From Ostreococcus lucimarinus (Eukaryota), in assembly GCA_000092065.1 (NCBI GenBank), contig CP000582.1: 64,000 nt of DNA; one strand, given 5' to 3'. Numbering within the stretch: the first letter of the stretch is position 1; the number at the start of each line of letters is the position of its first letter. Below are positions 61,198-64,000 of this stretch, piece after piece. The notes beneath the pieces are model-generated. The model was not told where the DNA came from, searched no databases, and was given only the letters and a program-made list of their open reading frames with translations. Made by a program: the position numbers and the translations under genes.

Positions 61198-62292
61198 ATG
61201 GCGGCGTCGACGCGGCTCGGCGCGACGATGCGCGACGCGGACAACACCGCGGCGCGTCGCGCGGCGCTCCAAGCGGGCGCGCGCGCGCAACCGGAGTACG
61301 ATTCGTCGAATTTCTTCGCATCCGTGTTCGCGACATCCATCGACCGGCGCGGTGTGCGCGCGTTCGCCGCGCCGTTCGCCGTCGTCAACGCCGTGTCGAT
61401 CGCGTGGACGGTGATACACGAGCGCGCGGCGACGTCCGCGGCGCGCGCGGACCAAGGCGCGTTCGACGGGGCGTACGCGCTGACGTTTTCGGCGATGGGA
61501 TTTTTGTTGGTGTTTCGGCTGGCGCGCGCGGCGGTGCGATGGTACGACGGCAGAGCCGCGTTCGGGGGGATCGTCGCGGGCGTAAGAGCGTTCGTGGACG
61601 TGCCGCTGATGTACGGCGGCGATGACGACCGCGGGAGGGCCGCGGTGGACGACGGCGCGGCGTGGGCGTGCGCGTTCGCGAGCGCGAGCAAATGTCACCT
61701 GCGAGGCGCTCGCGAAATCGAACGCGACGAAGTGGCGGGAATTTTGTCCGACGAAGATCGCGTGGCGGTGTCGCGATCGAAGCACCCGCCGTTGTTTTGC
61801 TTGTCCATGTGTCGACGCGCGGTGAAACGGTGTTTTGAGGGTCGAGGACGCGACGCGGACGCGGCGGCGTTGCGATACGAGTTGAATAAGAGAGTGGATT
61901 TTTTGGCGTCGCAAGTGGGCGCGCTGGAGCGGTTGCGAGCGACGAAGATTCCGGAAATTTACGTCATTCATTTGCGCACGTTTTTATTCGCGTATTTGAT
62001 ATCTATGCCGTTCGTGTTCGTAGGTCGGTGGGGGTGGGGAACGATCGCCGCCGTCGCGTGCGTGTCGTTCGCGTTGCTCGGAATCGAAGGCGCGGCGACG
62101 GAGTGCGAGATTCCGTTTTCGGCGACGCACGCCAATCACTTGCGCATGGACCAGTACGTCATGGGGTGTTTCGATAACGTAGCGGCGATGTTGGAATGGC
62201 AGGACGAGCGCGTCAACGGCGAGCGCCGCGGCGAAGTCATTCGCGCGTCCGTAGACGTCGGCGTGGCCATCAAAGCAGATTCGCCGCGATGA
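61198..62292 (+). CDS. Bestrophin-like (UPF0187) anion channel family protein.
   Basis: GFLLVFRLARAAVRWYDGRAAFGGIV resembles the RWWE(A/G)R block of this family. Several TM segments are present (IYVIHLRTFLFAYLISMPFVFV, TIAAVACVSFALLGI). Confidence 0.6.
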   Translation: MAASTRLGATMRDADNTAARRAALQAGARAQPEYDSSNFFASVFATSIDRRGVRAFAAPFAVVNAVSIAWTVIHERAATSAARADQGAFDGAYALTFSAMGFLLVFRLARAAVRWYDGRAAFGGIVAGVRAFVDVPLMYGGDDDRGRAAVDDGAAWACAFASASKCHLRGAREIERDEVAGILSDEDRVAVSRSKHPPLFCLSMCRRAVKRCFEGRGRDADAAALRYELNKRVDFLASQVGALERLRATKIPEIYVIHLRTFLFAYLISMPFVFVGRWGWGTIAAVACVSFALLGIEGAATECEIPFSATHANHLRMDQYVMGCFDNVAAMLEWQDERVNGERRGEVIRASVDVGVAIKADSPR

Positions 62293-62326
62293 GAAATTAG
62301 CGCATAGACGGCGCGACGCGCTGTAA

Positions 62327-63010
62327 TCATAACGTCGGTGCTAGCTCTCGAGCAACTCTCAAGTGCGCCTCGCGATAAAGCTCTCCGTGCTCTTTCCATA
62401 CCGGCAGGAATTCTCGCATGGAGATGTCGCCACCGTTCGCTCGATGAAACATGAGCGCGACTTCGACGCCGAGTCGCTTGTCGGCGTCTGGTATACAGAC
62501 TTCGTTCAGCGCCGTGGCGTAAGGATCTGAACCCGGAAATCCGTGAGCGCACGCGTACTTCAAACACTCCAAATGTCCATAATAGGCGGCACTCCAGCAC
62601 GTCAACTCGTCCCAAGGACACCCGTGCTCGTGCGCGTACTTCAAACACTCCAACTGTCCATACTTGGCGGCTCCCTCGCACGTCTTCTCGTCCCAAGGAC
62701 ACCCGTTCTTGCGCGCGTACTTCAAACATTCCAAATGTCCATTCACGGCGGCAGCGATGCACGTCGCCCAGTTCCAAGGACACCCGTTCTCGTGCGCGTA
62801 CTTCAAACACTCCAAATGTCCATAATAGGCGGCACCACGGCACGTCCACACGTCCCAATCGCACCCGTGCTCGCGCGCGTACTTCAAACACTCCAAATGT
62901 CCATTCTCGGCGGCATAAAAGCACGTATCGCAACCATTCTCGCAGTCATTCGTTCTTTTCTCGTCGTTCTTTTCGCGCCGTTCGCGTCGTTTTCTCGTCG
63001 TTCTTTGCAT
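62327..63010 (-). CDS. Ankyrin-like repeat protein with five tandem approximately 33-aa repeats of the form HLECLKYAHENGCPWD.
   Basis: The repeats are GHLECLKYAREHGCDWDVWTC, GHLECLKYAHENGCPWNWATC, GHLECLKYARKNGCPWDEKTC, GQLECLKYAHEHGCPWDELTC and GHLECLKYACAHGFPG. A basic, NLS-like N-terminus is RKRRERREKNDEKR. Confidence 0.7.
   Translation of the reverse strand: MQRTTRKRRERREKNDEKRTNDCENGCDTCFYAAENGHLECLKYAREHGCDWDVWTCRGAAYYGHLECLKYAHENGCPWNWATCIAAAVNGHLECLKYARKNGCPWDEKTCEGAAKYGQLECLKYAHEHGCPWDELTCWSAAYYGHLECLKYACAHGFPGSDPYATALNEVCIPDADKRLGVEVALMFHRANGGDISMREFLPVWKEHGELYREAHLRVARELAPTL
62470..62940. repeat. Degenerate tandem repeat of approximately 99-nt units underlying the ankyrin-like repeats.
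   Basis: Recurring nucleotide blocks (gtacttcaaacactccaaatgtccat...ggcggc...cacgtc...cc(a/c)aggacacccgt) give long periodic ORFs on both strands. Confidence 0.8.
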
Positions 63011-63401
63011 CTCGTCGTTCTCGGAGGTGCCCAGATTTTTTCGACGCGGCGTCGCGCCGTCGTCCTCGTCCTTCGCCCGCGCCGACCGCGCGTCGCGGCG
63101 CGGCGCGCGCTCTCGCGTCGTCCTTTTCCCGTCGCGCGCGGTCGCTCGGAATCGTCGAGTCGCGCGTCGCGGAGTGACGCGCGCGTCTCGTCTCGGTCCG
63201 ACGCGACGCCGCGGCGATCGCGGCGGCGTCGAAGCGCGACGCTCTCAAACGCGCGCCCGCGTCGCGCGGGAGGTTTTCGGCGGGACGGCGTCGTTCAGAT
63301 CGTTCGCGAGATCGTCTGAAGGGCGCGCCCGCGCGGGACCGTGGATGACTAGATTACAACTCGCGACGCTCGGCACTCGGCGCTCGGCGCTCGGCGCGGC
63401 G

Positions 63402-63998
63402 CTACCGTCCCAGTCTCGTCCACGAATTCATACCCTTGACGATTTTGAGGTTCTCGTCCATCTTCTTCTTCGCCCCGCGCGCGGCGGCGCCGCTGCGAAT
63501 CAACGACTCGCGCTGCGCGGCGAGCGTCTCGAGCACGGACGCGCCGACGTCTTGCGTCTCCGCGAGGACGTCGGCGCACTCGGACAAGACGTCCGACGAC
63601 GCGTCGAGCCGGTCGGCGCCGCGCATCGCGTCGACGCGCCTCGCGCGCTCGCCCGCCGCCGCCGTGGGCGCCGAGCGCGCCTCCGACGAAGCGCGACGCT
63701 CGAAAAGTTCGTCGCGCGCGACGTCTTCGCTCGCGCTCGCGCTCGGCGCCGCGTTCGCGTTCGTCTCCGTCGCCGTCGACCCCACGCGCGCCAAACTCTC
63801 CGCCGCGCCCGCGAACCACGTCCCTCGCGCCGCGCCGTCGCTCTCCGCCTCACCATCGTCCCATCGCGTCGCGCCGACGCGCGTCGTCGTCACCCCGCTC
63901 ATTTTCTCTCGCTCGCGCTGTTCCCGCGTGAACCGCCTCGCGCCTCGCGTCCCGCTCGCGTCGTCCGCGACGCCCGCGTCGCCCGCGCCGCGCACCAA
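63402..63998 (-). CDS. SNARE-motif protein (Q-SNARE-like), 5'-partial at the window end, with no C-terminal TM.
   Basis: The heptad SNARE motif is SDVLSECADVLAETQDVGASVLETLAAQRESLIRSG, with a zero-layer Q. The ORF runs to the end of the window. Confidence 0.5.
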   Translation of the reverse strand: MVRGAGDAGVADDASGTRGARRFTREQREREKMSGVTTTRVGATRWDDGEAESDGAARGTWFAGAAESLARVGSTATETNANAAPSASASEDVARDELFERRASSEARSAPTAAAGERARRVDAMRGADRLDASSDVLSECADVLAETQDVGASVLETLAAQRESLIRSGAAARGAKKKMDENLKIVKGMNSWTRLGR

Positions 63999-64000
63999 TC

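Noticed and set aside
59542-61971. The full 809-aa minus-strand ORF.
   Set aside because: Its N-terminal roughly 280 aa are R-rich and overlap the bestrophin-like gene on the opposite strand. I truncated it to the ENTH-like start at 61128.
1-64000. A prokaryotic interpretation (high-GC actinomycete-like PKS locus). CRISPR arrays, tRNAs, rRNAs and transposons.
   Set aside because: Eukaryote-only proteins are present (eL15, eIF3f, YKT6, AMP deaminase, WW and RWP-RK domains), along with spliceosomal introns and transit peptides. I saw no tRNA-like T-arm motifs (GGTTCGAATCC and variants), no repeat-spacer arrays, no rDNA and no transposase or integrase signatures.

Overview
This is a eukaryotic nuclear window: very GC-rich (about 65-70%) and gene-dense, with roughly 40 protein genes in 64 kb. 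The proteins present are only eukaryotic (eL15, eIF3f, YKT6, AMP deaminase, WW-domain and RWP-RK proteins). The gene content points to a photosynthetic green-lineage alga: beta-amylase, a gamma-tocopherol-methyltransferase-like enzyme, a MET1/TEF30-like PDZ-TPR protein, a RelA/SpoT homolog (RSH), a fused alpha-beta glycyl-tRNA synthetase, a Rubisco-LSMT-like SET protein, bacterial-type ribosomal proteins L3 and L9 carrying transit peptides, and TGTAA-type poly(A) signals. The window opens inside a large trans-AT-like type I polyketide synthase (partial at its 5' end). The provided ORF track is badly confounded by composition. Long arginine-rich antisense ORFs are everywhere, and many ORF 'starts' are GTG/TTG codons rather than ATG. 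Reading across those boundaries, I could support six short spliceosomal introns the ORF track misses, all in short 5' exons that encode the start codon or a transit peptide. These introns share an unusual rigid signal: a GT[A/G]CG donor with C at +4, and an ACTGACGA branch site about 20-40 nt upstream of the YAG acceptor. Other features of note are two tandemly duplicated Golgi-type sulfotransferase genes, several head-to-head gene pairs whose start codons lie less than 100 bp apart, a PQ-repeat membrane protein built from 24-nt tandem units, an ankyrin-like protein built from about 99-nt tandem units, and a roughly 1.6 kb low-GC island without an ORF (43.0-44.6 kb) that carries strong splice-like signals.
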